Source: Eubacteriales bacterium
Lineage (GTDB): Bacteria > Bacillota > Clostridia > Oscillospirales > CAG-272
DNA length: 64,000 nt
Assembly: GCA_045645205.1 (NCBI GenBank)
Contig: JAZRIJ010000043.1
Span: 11,341-75,340, forward strand
Reading direction: 5' to 3'
Shown piece by piece: positions 9,436-18,621 of the stretch. Position 1 is the first letter of the stretch; the number at the start of each line of letters is the position of its first letter. Below the pieces are notes generated by a model. The model was given only the letters and a program-made list of their open reading frames with translations, did not search any database and was not told where the DNA came from. The position numbers and the translations under genes were made by a program.

Positions 9436-10763
9436 TATTTCGTTTCTCCTATCAAATCATAATCGAGCACTTCTGTTATTTTGACATTATATATCTTACC
9501 CTCAGGAAGTCTCTTTCCGCAGGTAAAGTAAACTTTTCCGTCAATTTCGGGTGCATCGGCAGTGCTTCTGCCAAAATGCGCCCCCGATACTGAATCGTAA
9601 CCCTCACAAAGCACTTTTATCACCTTGCCAACCTTTGCCTCATTATATGCGGCATTGATATCATACTGCATATCCATTATAATATCGCATCTGTCTTGTT
9701 TTGTTTGCTCGTCTACTTGATCATCAAATTCATAGGCAGGTGTTCCCTCTTCTCTGGAGTATGTAAACGCACCGAGACGTTCAAATCTTGTTTCCTTCAG
9801 ATATTCGCATAGCTCTGTGAAATCCTCCTCAGTCTCTCCGGGAAAGCCTGTTATAACAGTTGTACGCAATGTTATATCGGGGATTGCCTTACGAAGTCTT
9901 TCAACAGCGCTCTTTATAACAGCCTGTCCGCCGTGGCGGTTCATTCGTTTAAGTACATTTTCTGAAATATGCTGAATAGGCATATCAATATACTTTACCA
10001 CACGGTCATTTGTTTTTATTTCCTCGATAAGCTCATCAGTTATCTTGTCGGGATAACAGTACAAAAGTCTTATCCAATGAATATTTGTTTCATCGGTTAT
10101 TCTGCGTATAAGCTCTGCCAATTTATATTCGCCATAAAGGTCAACGCCGTATCTTGTTGTATCCTGTGCAACAAGGGTCAGCTCAAGTACACCCAAAGAC
10201 TCAAGATTTTTTGCCTCTTTAACAATATCCTCCATAGTTCTGCTTCTGAACTTACCTCTAATTGCTGGAATAGCGCAGTATGCGCACTTATTGTCGCACC
10301 CCTCTGCAATTTTTAGATATGCCATATATTCAGGCGTGGTAACAAGTCTGTCACCGCTGAAATCATAGTTGTCTATATCTCCAAACTTTTTAAAAAATTT
10401 CTTCTTTTCAACGCTTTTTACTGCCTCAGCAATATCATGTATAGCCGCAACACCTATGACCGCATCACATTCGGGCAATTCCTTTACAAGCTCATCACGA
10501 TATCTTTCGGAGAGACAGCCTGTAACAATAATTCCCTTGCATTTTGCATTTGTCTTAAGCCATGCTGCGTCAAGAATGGTGTCTATAGACTCCTGCTTTG
10601 CACCTTCGGTAAAAGCGCAGGTATTTATTATAATTATATCCGCTTCTGTCTCCTCGGGAGTGATCTCATACCCTGCCGTGTAAAGCTCATTCAGCATTAT
10701 TTCGGTATCGATCTGGTTTTTTGGACAGCCAAGAGATATAAATCCCACTTTAGTCTTCTTCAT
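9435..10763 (-). CDS. rimO: ribosomal protein S12 methylthiotransferase RimO
   Basis: VGFISLGCPKNQIDTE (UPF0004 domain), the radical-SAM motif CDNKCAYCAIP, and a C-terminal TRAM domain. The start is taken at MKKTKV. Confidence 0.9.
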   Translation of the reverse strand: MKKTKVGFISLGCPKNQIDTEIMLNELYTAGYEITPEETEADIIIINTCAFTEGAKQESIDTILDAAWLKTNAKCKGIIVTGCLSERYRDELVKELPECDAVIGVAAIHDIAEAVKSVEKKKFFKKFGDIDNYDFSGDRLVTTPEYMAYLKIAEGCDNKCAYCAIPAIRGKFRSRTMEDIVKEAKNLESLGVLELTLVAQDTTRYGVDLYGEYKLAELIRRITDETNIHWIRLLYCYPDKITDELIEEIKTNDRVVKYIDMPIQHISENVLKRMNRHGGQAVIKSAVERLRKAIPDITLRTTVITGFPGETEEDFTELCEYLKETRFERLGAFTYSREEGTPAYEFDDQVDEQTKQDRCDIIMDMQYDINAAYNEAKVGKVIKVLCEGYDSVSGAHFGRSTADAPEIDGKVYFTCGKRLPEGKIYNVKITEVLDYDLIGETK

Positions 10764-11268
10764 TTTCTTCAAGCAACCTCGTGTATGCATATTTTATTTC
10801 CGCATAGCCATAGCCATAGCGCGCTAATGCCGCCGTAACCGACCTTGCGGTTTTACTGTCAAGTATTTTTTCCGCCAGCCTTTTCTTTCGAACCAGCTTC
10901 AGACAATTTTCTTTAAAATCCACCTCGGAAACACATTCATCAAACTGCTCACCGATAAGGCTTTTATCAAAGCCTTTTTTTTGCAGTTCAAGTTTTATCC
11001 TGCTCCGACCGTACAGCTTTTTGTCTGCTAAGTATTCTGACACCGAATGCATAAGCCGCGCATCATTTATAAGTCCGGCTTCCTTTAGTTTTTCGACAGC
11101 ACGGTCAATTGCCACTTCGTCAAAGCCTTTTCTTTCAAGCTTGTTACGGAGATTTTTCTCTGTATTATCGGCAAAAACCAAAATGTTTGTCGCCGCCGCC
11201 ATTACCTCTTTTACAGACTCATCACGCGGCTTGGGTTCGTCTTTGTCAATATCATCTATTCTTTTCAT
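10750..11268 (-). CDS. recX: recombination regulator RecX
   Basis: 172 aa, helical-repeat protein immediately downstream of recA, with RecX-like repeats (LERKGFDEVAIDRAVEKL, LQKKGFDKSLI). Confidence 0.85.
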   Translation of the reverse strand: MKRIDDIDKDEPKPRDESVKEVMAAATNILVFADNTEKNLRNKLERKGFDEVAIDRAVEKLKEAGLINDARLMHSVSEYLADKKLYGRSRIKLELQKKGFDKSLIGEQFDECVSEVDFKENCLKLVRKKRLAEKILDSKTARSVTAALARYGYGYAEIKYAYTRLLEENEED

Positions 11269-11275
11269 AACTCAA

Positions 11276-12379
11276 TTATTCGTTTTCAAGGTCGGCAACC
11301 GACACATCAAAATCCTCGTCAAGATCAATGCTGTCATTCTGCACTTCACCATTCTTAAATCTTTCAACAATTCTGTCTTCAACCAACTTGAACAATTCAG
11401 CGTTATCCTCAAGCGCCTGACGCGCATTGTCTCTTCCCTGCGCAAGACGATTTCCGTCAATATAAAACCACGCGCCGCTCTTTTCTATTATACCCATCTC
11501 AACGCCTACTTCAACAAGCTCGCTCGACTTAGAAATCCCCTTGCCGTAAAGAATATCAAATTCAGCAACTTTAAATGGTGGAGCAACCTTGTTCTTTACT
11601 ATCTTACACTTAACTCTGTTACCATAAGACTCCGTACCATTTTTAAGAGTTTCAACACGTCTAATGTCAATTCTTACCGATGCATAATATTTAAGAGCAG
11701 TACCGCCCGATGTAACCTCGGGATTACCGTACATAACGCCTATCTTCATACGAAGTTGGTTGATAAAAATAACAACGCAGTTTGATTTTGCAATAGAGCC
11801 TGAAAGCTTACGCAATGCCTGCGACATTAGTCTTGCCTGTCCGGCAACCTGCGCATCGCCTATATCTCCGTCAATCTCCTGCTGTGTAACAAGCGCCGCC
11901 ACAGAGTCAACTACAACTACATCAACAGCTCCCGAGCGTACCAACGCATCAAGAATGCCAAGAGCCGCTTCACCGCTTTCGGGCTGTGATACCAATAGCT
12001 CGTCTACATCAACGCCGATAGCAGCAGCATATTGGGGATCAAGAGCATTTTCAACATCAATATATGCCGCAGTTCCCCCTGTTTTCTGAACCTCGGAAAC
12101 AACATGAAGTGCAAGGGTAGTTTTACCCGAAGCCTCAGGACCGTAAATTTCTATTATTCTTCCTCTCGGAACGCCGCCGACACCTAATGCTAAATCAAGA
12201 GACAACGAGCCTGTGGAAACAGCTGTAACATTCATATTTGTGTTTTCACCGAGTCTCATAATAGAGCCTGCGCCGTGATCCTTTGTTATCTGTGAAAGTG
12301 CCGTTTGGAGTGCCTTTTTCTTTGCTTCTTTATCTTGGATCTGTACAACCGATTCGGTCTTTTTTGCTTTCTGTGCCAT
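11276..12379 (-). CDS. recA: recombinase RecA
   Basis: [20 protein letters not shown] (Walker A), [10 protein letters not shown] and [17 protein letters not shown]. Confidence 0.98.
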   Translation of the reverse strand: MAQKAKKTESVVQIQDKEAKKKALQTALSQITKDHGAGSIMRLGENTNMNVTAVSTGSLSLDLALGVGGVPRGRIIEIYGPEASGKTTLALHVVSEVQKTGGTAAYIDVENALDPQYAAAIGVDVDELLVSQPESGEAALGILDALVRSGAVDVVVVDSVAALVTQQEIDGDIGDAQVAGQARLMSQALRKLSGSIAKSNCVVIFINQLRMKIGVMYGNPEVTSGGTALKYYASVRIDIRRVETLKNGTESYGNRVKCKIVKNKVAPPFKVAEFDILYGKGISKSSELVEVGVEMGIIEKSGAWFYIDGNRLAQGRDNARQALEDNAELFKLVEDRIVERFKNGEVQNDSIDLDEDFDVSVADLENE

Positions 12380-12442
12380 AACTTTTCAAAATCCTTTCAA
12401 GCTATATCTGCTATCTGTATTTCTGACATACTTATACATATT

Positions 12443-12471
12443 ATTTTATCAAATTTTCACCGTTTTGTCAA
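12443..12471 (-). promoter_or_regulatory. candidate sigma-A promoter of recA (TTGACA-17-TAAAAT)
   Basis: On the minus strand, TTGACA lies at 12471..12466 and TAAAAT at 12448..12443, with a 17-nt spacer. Confidence 0.5.
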
Positions 12472-12597
12472 TTACACTTGGCTATCTATTATAGTTTATT
12501 TACAAAATATTATATACTTTTTGCAATTACTGTGTTATAATAACAAATGGTAAAAATTTTTTCTCCCCACACAAAAAAACTTGAGAGGTTATATAAA

Positions 12598-13629
12598 ATG
12601 GCAGAAAAGAATTGCCGTCTCGGTACTGTCGGCGGTCAGGCAGTTATAGAAGGCGTTATGATGAAAAACAAAAATAACTTTGCGCTTGCGGTACGTATGC
12701 CCGAGGGTAATATAAGAGTTACAAAAGACGAATGCAAAAGCATTAAGGACAAGCACAAATTTTTAGGTTGGCCGATAATAAGAGGGGTTGTAAACATGAT
12801 AGAATCCCTTGTTCTTTCCATGAAAACGCTTACAATATCGGCTGATGCTTTTGGTATTGAAGAGGAAGAAACAAAGTTTGAAATTTGGTTAAAAGAAAAA
12901 TTTGGCAAGAGCCTCCTTGACGTTGTAATGGTTATTGCTATGATACTCGGCATCGGTTTGGGGGTAGGACTGTTCTTCTTTTTGCCTCTATTTATTTCAT
13001 CTTCCCTTTTTGATAAATCGGGCGAAGAAACAAAATGGTATGCTACGCTTGTTGAAGGCGGTATAAAAATTGGCATCTTTGTGCTTTATATATGGCTCGT
13101 GTCTTTGATGAAAGACATTAAACGTGTATTTGAATATCACGGAGCGGAGCATAAAACTATTTTCTGTTACGAAGCAGGCGAGGATTTAACTCCCGAAAAC
13201 GTTAAGAAATACAAAAGATTTCATCCAAGATGCGGAACAAGTTTCATTTTTGTTATTCTTCTTTTAAGCATTCTTGTTTCATCTGTTGTTTACTCCATAC
13301 CGATAATGAAATCAAATGTCATTCTCAAATTTGCTTCTAAGCTTTTGACACTGCCGCTTACTATCGGTATCGGTTATGAATTTATAAAATTTGCAGGTAA
13401 GCACGATAATGCATTTACAAAAATAATATCCGCCCCTGGACTTTGGATGCAGCATCTTACAACAAGAGAACCCGACGATACTCAGATTGAGGTTGCAATA
13501 GTTTCTCTAAAGTGCGCACTTCCTGAGGAGTTTCCCGAAGCTGAAGCCTTATACAAGCCGGAAGTATACAAAAAAAACGAAACAGAGAAAAACAAAACAA
13601 ATATTACCTCGGAAGAACCGCAAGAATGA
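12598..13629 (+). CDS. DUF1385 (YqhQ-like) membrane protein
   Basis: GGQAVIEGVMM, EYHGAEHK and HPRCGTSF are motifs of the DUF1385 family usually found next to prmC. The start is taken at MAEKN (RBS GAGAGG). Confidence 0.8.
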   Translation: MAEKNCRLGTVGGQAVIEGVMMKNKNNFALAVRMPEGNIRVTKDECKSIKDKHKFLGWPIIRGVVNMIESLVLSMKTLTISADAFGIEEEETKFEIWLKEKFGKSLLDVVMVIAMILGIGLGVGLFFFLPLFISSSLFDKSGEETKWYATLVEGGIKIGIFVLYIWLVSLMKDIKRVFEYHGAEHKTIFCYEAGEDLTPENVKKYKRFHPRCGTSFIFVILLLSILVSSVVYSIPIMKSNVILKFASKLLTLPLTIGIGYEFIKFAGKHDNAFTKIISAPGLWMQHLTTREPDDTQIEVAIVSLKCALPEEFPEAEALYKPEVYKKNETEKNKTNITSEEPQE

Positions 13630-14357
13630 ACGATATTGATATTTTAAAATTATTCTACACAAACCAAGAGTTTGAAGATGCAATAAAACAATATAAGCAA
13701 GGCAGACCTGCGGCTTATATTATCGGTGAATGGGAGTTTTTCGGGGACAGATATTTTGTAAACGAAAATTGTCTTATTCCCCGATGCGACACCGAAAGAG
13801 TAGTCGAAAAGGTGCTTGAACACCTCAATGACGGCGATAAGTTCGCCGACCTTTGCACAGGTTCGGGATGTATTGCAATATCCACCTTAAAAAGAAAGAA
13901 GAACTCTTACGGTGTTGCCGTTGATATATCTAAGAAGGCGATTGAGCTTGCAAAAAGAAATGCTGAACTTAACAGTGTTGAAAACAGGCTTGAATTTATA
14001 TGCGCCGATATTTTTACTTGTCCGTTAGGCAATAAAAAATATGACGTGATAGTATCAAATCCACCCTATATTCCCACCAATGCACTTGATACTCTCGATG
14101 AATATGTAAAAAAAGAGCCGCAGATCGCTCTTGACGGCGGAAATGACGGCATGGATTTTTATAATTTTTTGGCTTCCACATGCAAAAACAATCTGACTGA
14201 TAAAGGTAAGCTTATATTTGAAATCGGCTATGATCAGGAAGAAAAAATAAAACTGACAGCCGAAAAAAACGGTTTTAACTGCAAGGTTACAAAAGATTAT
14301 TCGGGCAATCCAAGAGTCGCAGTACTCCAAAAAATAAAATCTTCGGAGGAAACATGA
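13626..14357 (+). CDS. prmC: peptide chain release factor N5-glutamine methyltransferase (short form)
   Basis: LIPRCDTE, the SAM-binding DLCTGSGCIAI, and the catalytic VSNPPYI motif. An ATGA overlap links it to the upstream gene. Confidence 0.85.
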   Translation: MNDIDILKLFYTNQEFEDAIKQYKQGRPAAYIIGEWEFFGDRYFVNENCLIPRCDTERVVEKVLEHLNDGDKFADLCTGSGCIAISTLKRKKNSYGVAVDISKKAIELAKRNAELNSVENRLEFICADIFTCPLGNKKYDVIVSNPPYIPTNALDTLDEYVKKEPQIALDGGNDGMDFYNFLASTCKNNLTDKGKLIFEIGYDQEEKIKLTAEKNGFNCKVTKDYSGNPRVAVLQKIKSSEET

Positions 14358-15355
14358 AGAAGACGTTTAAAATATTAAACCTAATACTTTCTTTGATTAT
14401 TACCATTTCAGCGTTTACAGGCTGTTCGGGCAGGAAAGAGGGTTATCCGCCCGTATGGACACCGGACAAGCGTGTTGTTATGACCGTAGGAGTCTACAAT
14501 GTAACCTACGACTTTTACAGATACCTTTTTTTAAACACAAAAGACTTCTTTGACAACGGCGACGAAAGCTTCTGGCAAAAGGAAGAAAACAATGTAGATT
14601 TGGTAAAAGACTATGTTTTTGATTCCATAAAAGACACCTACGGAATGTTTACCCTTGCCGATAAATACGATATTACTCTTTCCGATGACGATAAAGCTAA
14701 TATCGAAAGCTATATAGAAAGCAGTAAAGAGGGTATGACTGACGAAGAGTTTGAAAAATCTCTCGAAGAAGCATATATGACAAAAGAGCTTTATAAGTTT
14801 GTGCTTGAAGTACAACAGCTTGAATATCTGGTATATGAGCATATTATAAACGAGAGTTCAGGAATTTTAAAGTTTGACGACACCTCACTTATGAAAGCCA
14901 TTGACGAAGACTTTGTTAGAGCAACACATATTCTCTTAACTTTTAAAAATGAAGAGGAAAGTAATACAAAGCTCGAAACTGCAAATCAAATCCTAAAAAA
15001 ACTGAAAAACGGCGAAGACTTTGAAACTTTAAAAGAACAATACAGCGAAGACACCGATTTAAAAAATAATACAGACGGTTATTACTTCACTCACGGTGAA
15101 TTTGAAAATGAATTTGAATATGCCGCTTTTGAGCTTAAAGAGGGCGAAATAAGCGAGGTAGTTACGACCGAAGTAGGATACCATATAATAAAAAGACTTC
15201 CCATTGAAAAAGAGTATGTGAACAAGAACATAGAAGCGCTCCGCGCACAGTATAAGACCGCGTTATATTATGAGTTAATAGAAGAAGCATACAAAAATTT
15301 CACCCCCGAGTACAAAGATGAATACAAAAACATTCAACTTGACTCTTTTAATTAA
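14354..15355 (+). CDS. parvulin-type peptidylprolyl isomerase lipoprotein (PrsA-like)
   Basis: Lipobox FTGC. The C-terminal rotamase region reads ATHILL...NGEDFETLKEQYSED...VGYHIIKR. Confidence 0.75.
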   Translation: MKKTFKILNLILSLIITISAFTGCSGRKEGYPPVWTPDKRVVMTVGVYNVTYDFYRYLFLNTKDFFDNGDESFWQKEENNVDLVKDYVFDSIKDTYGMFTLADKYDITLSDDDKANIESYIESSKEGMTDEEFEKSLEEAYMTKELYKFVLEVQQLEYLVYEHIINESSGILKFDDTSLMKAIDEDFVRATHILLTFKNEEESNTKLETANQILKKLKNGEDFETLKEQYSEDTDLKNNTDGYYFTHGEFENEFEYAAFELKEGEISEVVTTEVGYHIIKRLPIEKEYVNKNIEALRAQYKTALYYELIEEAYKNFTPEYKDEYKNIQLDSFN

Positions 15356-15363
15356 GAAGCATT

Positions 15364-16281
15364 ATGAGCGAACTTATAAAAGGTATTATAATAAAAGGAC
15401 TCGGCGGTCTCTATGACATTAAAACCGAAGATGGCAATATTATAAGCTGCAAGGCAAAAGGCGCTTTCCGCCATGAAGGAATTACCCCCTATGCCGGCGA
15501 CAGCGTTATATTAAAGCAGTCTGACAAAGGGACTGTAATCGAAGAGATAACCGACAGAAAAAACTATCTCATTCGCCCTCCCGTTGCCAATATCGACATA
15601 CTTTTTACAGTTATTTCTGCAGCCAAGCCGTCGCCTATGCTTCCCATTACAGACAAGCTTATTTCTATCGCGGAATACAATAAAATAGAACCTGTTATAA
15701 TCGTGAGTAAAAGCGACCTTGACGAAAACGAAGCGGAAAAGATTGCCGATATATATATAAAGTCCGGCTTTACGGTATTTGTTTCAAGTATTGACAGCAA
15801 CAAAGATGAGCTTGTTTTATTTGTTAAACAAAAGGCAAACGGAAAAATATCGGCATTTGCAGGTGCGTCGGGAGTTGGCAAATCTACGGTAATGAATGCT
15901 CTCTTTCCAAAGCTTACGCTTGAGACGGGAGATGTAAGCCGAAAGACCGAAAGGGGTAAGCATACCACAAGACACGTTGAGCTGTTTGAACTTGATTATC
16001 TTACAGACGACAGCGCAATGACGGGATATATTGCAGATACCCCCGGCTTTAGTCTTATTGATTTTACAAGATTTGATTTCTACAAAAAAGATGACCTTGT
16101 ATATACCTTTAGAGAATTTGAAGATTATCTCGGAACATGCAAATATACAAAGTGCTCACATACTACCGAGGACGGATGCAAGATAATTGAAGCAGTCAAC
16201 AACGGTATTATTCCTAAAGAACGCCACCTGAGCTACATAGATATTTACAACACACTGAAAAACAAGCACGAATGGGACTGA
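15364..16281 (+). CDS. rsgA: ribosome small subunit-dependent GTPase A
   Basis: Circularly permuted GTPase: SKSDL precedes GASGVGKST. The C-terminal zinc knuckle reads CKYTKCSHTTEDGC. Confidence 0.92.
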   Translation: MSELIKGIIIKGLGGLYDIKTEDGNIISCKAKGAFRHEGITPYAGDSVILKQSDKGTVIEEITDRKNYLIRPPVANIDILFTVISAAKPSPMLPITDKLISIAEYNKIEPVIIVSKSDLDENEAEKIADIYIKSGFTVFVSSIDSNKDELVLFVKQKANGKISAFAGASGVGKSTVMNALFPKLTLETGDVSRKTERGKHTTRHVELFELDYLTDDSAMTGYIADTPGFSLIDFTRFDFYKKDDLVYTFREFEDYLGTCKYTKCSHTTEDGCKIIEAVNNGIIPKERHLSYIDIYNTLKNKHEWD

Positions 16282-16282
16282 A

Positions 16283-16343
16283 GTGCTGTAAAAAAATTCT
16301 AATTACAGTTCGCCAAACTGTAATTAGAATTTTTTTACAGCAC
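16283..16343. terminator. long perfect hairpin (26-bp arms), likely a bidirectional terminator
   Basis: GTGCTGTAAAAAAATTCTAATTACAG / loop ttcgccaaa / CTGTAATTAGAATTTTTTTACAGCAC. It starts 2 nt after the rsgA stop, between convergent genes. Confidence 0.7.
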
Positions 16344-16398
16344 CTTTTTCTATTAATATTATATCATAGTTCTAATAACTTGAATTTAAAACTGACTG

Positions 16399-16800
16399 TC
16401 AATGCTCCGCATCCATATCCATATCTTCGCTTTCATCCGACTCCATAAATTCACGGAGACCGACGCGGCGCTCATTTCTTTCTCTCTCCACTTCATCGGA
16501 CAAAAGATTTTTCACATCTCTTGAATTTTTTATATGCAGGATGTCAAATTCAGGAGTAGATTTGTCAGCAGAACAACAATGTATGGTTCCAAGCCCGAAC
16601 AGCCTTTCCCAAAGAGAACGCTTCAATGTTACGTCCATTATGCGATAAAGGCGAATCTCTTCCTCCTGAAGATTAAAAACACCCTTTCTTATAAGCAGCT
16701 TATCACTCGTCAAAATATACTTTGTGAAAGTCCAGGGCAATCCGAAAACAATTCTCTTTCGGTCGCTCCATGTGTATTCGGTAATATCCTTCTTTGCCAT
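16399..16800 (-). CDS. bacterial PH-domain (bPH_2/DUF304-like) protein, soluble, with acidic tail
   Basis: YILTSDKLLIRKGVFNLQEEEIRLYRIMDVTLKRSLWERLFGLGTI is the YdbS/YdbT-type PH signature. The start is taken at MAKKD after the AAGAGGAGA RBS. Confidence 0.65.
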   Translation of the reverse strand: MAKKDITEYTWSDRKRIVFGLPWTFTKYILTSDKLLIRKGVFNLQEEEIRLYRIMDVTLKRSLWERLFGLGTIHCCSADKSTPEFDILHIKNSRDVKNLLSDEVERERNERRVGLREFMESDESEDMDMDAEH

Positions 16801-16818
16801 ACAAATCATCTCCTCTTT

Positions 16819-17409
16819 TTATTTTTTCTTATTATAGTTCTTTTTTGTCTTTTTCTTTTTTACGGAAAAACCGAAATTGCCGATTTTTTTGCCGAGTTCA
16901 AAGTACTCACCGTGCGCAAATGCCGCGATCCTTGCCTTTTCAAGATGAAGCTTACCGTCATCGCCAAGCAAACTTTCGTCAACATTTATAGCCGTTATAT
17001 CGGCGATAAACATATGGTGCGACCCCAGTTCAACAATATCCGTAACCCTACATTCAAGGTTCATTGGACATTCTTCAATTAAAGGACAAGCGACTGTCGA
17101 AGCCTCGGCTTTTGTAAATCTACACTTTTCAAACTTATCAACCTTTGCTCCCGTGTATATTCCGCAATAATCGGCTTCTTTAACGAGGGAGGCAGGAGTA
17201 AGATTTATTACAAACTCTCTTGTGTTTTTTATTATCTCAAAAGAATGTCTCTGCGGTCTCACCGATATATATGTTTTCGGCGGATTTGAATTCAATATTC
17301 CCGTCCACGCAATAGTGATAATGTTGGAGTTTTCCATATCACCGCAGGACACCATAATAGGCGGAACGGGAGACAACAGCGTACCGCCCTTCCAAACTAC
17401 TTTACTCAC
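16819..17409 (-). CDS. flavin reductase family protein
   Basis: PVPPIMVSCGD...NIITIAWTG...PPKTYISVRPQRHS...EFVINL is a flavin_reduct domain pattern. Confidence 0.85.
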   Translation of the reverse strand: MSKVVWKGGTLLSPVPPIMVSCGDMENSNIITIAWTGILNSNPPKTYISVRPQRHSFEIIKNTREFVINLTPASLVKEADYCGIYTGAKVDKFEKCRFTKAEASTVACPLIEECPMNLECRVTDIVELGSHHMFIADITAINVDESLLGDDGKLHLEKARIAAFAHGEYFELGKKIGNFGFSVKKKKTKKNYNKKK

Positions 17410-17412
17410 TTC

Positions 17413-18507
17413 TCATTTACCCTTTTTTGTCTCAATTGCAAGCTCTACCAGCTTATCAACTATACCGCCGTATGTGTAACCGCTTTCAATTGCCATTTTG
17501 GGATAAAGGCTTATGGAAGTAAAACCGGGAAGCGTATTTATCTCATTGAATATTATCTTTTCATCATCTCCGCATACAAAAAAGTCAACTCTTGAAAGCC
17601 CCTTGCAGTCGAGATATTCAAAAATCCCCTCGGCTGTACGCTTAAGATTTATCCAAGTTGATTTTTTTATTTTAGCGGGTATCTGATATGTAGAAGTACC
17701 GTTGTTGTACTTGTCGTCATAGTCATAGAAGTCTGCATCAGAAATAATTTCACCGCAGGTCAAAGCAACGGCCTTTTCGTTGCCGAGAACGGCTACCTCG
17801 ATCTCTCTGCCGATAATTGCTTCTTCAATAAGTATCTTGCTGTCAAATTGTACAGCCTTTTCAAGTGCATTTTTCAGTTCGTCTGCATTTCTTGCCTTTG
17901 AAACACCCACAGATGAACCGGAGTTTGCAGGCTTTACAAACACAGGATATCCAAGCGAAGCCTCTACATCCACTTTTATGTTTTCAATCCCCTTCTCAAC
18001 GTCGCTCTTTGTAACATATACACAAGCAGCAACAGGAATACCGTAATTGTTCAAAAGCATTTTTGTAAACGCCTTATCCATACAAACAGCCGAAGATGCG
18101 CATCCGGAACCCACATAAGGTACGCCGCACATATCAAGCATTCCCTGCAGCCTTCCGTCCTCCGAGTATGCGCCGTGCATAATGGGAAATACAACGTCAA
18201 TTGCAACACGTTCTACACTGCCGTCATTTCCTATAGCATATACAGCATAATCTCCGTAGCTTGTGGACATCAAAGCTTTTTTCAAATTTGCTTTATCGTC
18301 CTTCCATGTATTGTCCTTTATCTTTTCGTCTTCGCCTTCGTATATGTACATCTGTCCGTCTCGTGTGATGCCCACCCTGACGATATCATATTTACTTCTG
18401 TCAACGTTTTCAAGTACCGAATATGAGGACTTGAGTGAAACCTCGTATTCAGTTGAATTTCCGCCAAACATTATGCACAAAGCAGTTTTATTTCCCATTA
18501 TAACCAT
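17413..18507 (-). CDS. ddl: D-alanine--D-alanine ligase
   Basis: FGGNSTEYEVSL, HGAYSEDGRLQGMLD, FVKPANSGSSVG and NEINTLPGFTSIS. Confidence 0.95.
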   Translation of the reverse strand: MVIMGNKTALCIMFGGNSTEYEVSLKSSYSVLENVDRSKYDIVRVGITRDGQMYIYEGEDEKIKDNTWKDDKANLKKALMSTSYGDYAVYAIGNDGSVERVAIDVVFPIMHGAYSEDGRLQGMLDMCGVPYVGSGCASSAVCMDKAFTKMLLNNYGIPVAACVYVTKSDVEKGIENIKVDVEASLGYPVFVKPANSGSSVGVSKARNADELKNALEKAVQFDSKILIEEAIIGREIEVAVLGNEKAVALTCGEIISDADFYDYDDKYNNGTSTYQIPAKIKKSTWINLKRTAEGIFEYLDCKGLSRVDFFVCGDDEKIIFNEINTLPGFTSISLYPKMAIESGYTYGGIVDKLVELAIETKKGK

Positions 18508-18562
18508 CTCCGTAAAATCTTCTCATACTATTATGATATTCTATCATAAGCACATCGGTTTG

Positions 18563-18606
18563 TCAATAAAAACACAAGAGGGAGCTTTTTTAAAAAGTTC
18601 CCTCTT
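18563..18606 (-). terminator. intrinsic terminator after clpC
   Basis: Stem AAGAGGGA / TCCCTCTT (18576..18606), followed on the minus strand by GTGTTTTTA. Confidence 0.65.
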
Positions 18607-18621
18607 AACACTCATATTTTT

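Noticed and set aside
16283-16343. 61-bp perfect inverted repeat considered as a miniature mobile element
   Set aside because: I saw no second copy in the window and no target-site duplication. It sits exactly between convergent genes with T-runs, so a bidirectional terminator is the simpler reading.
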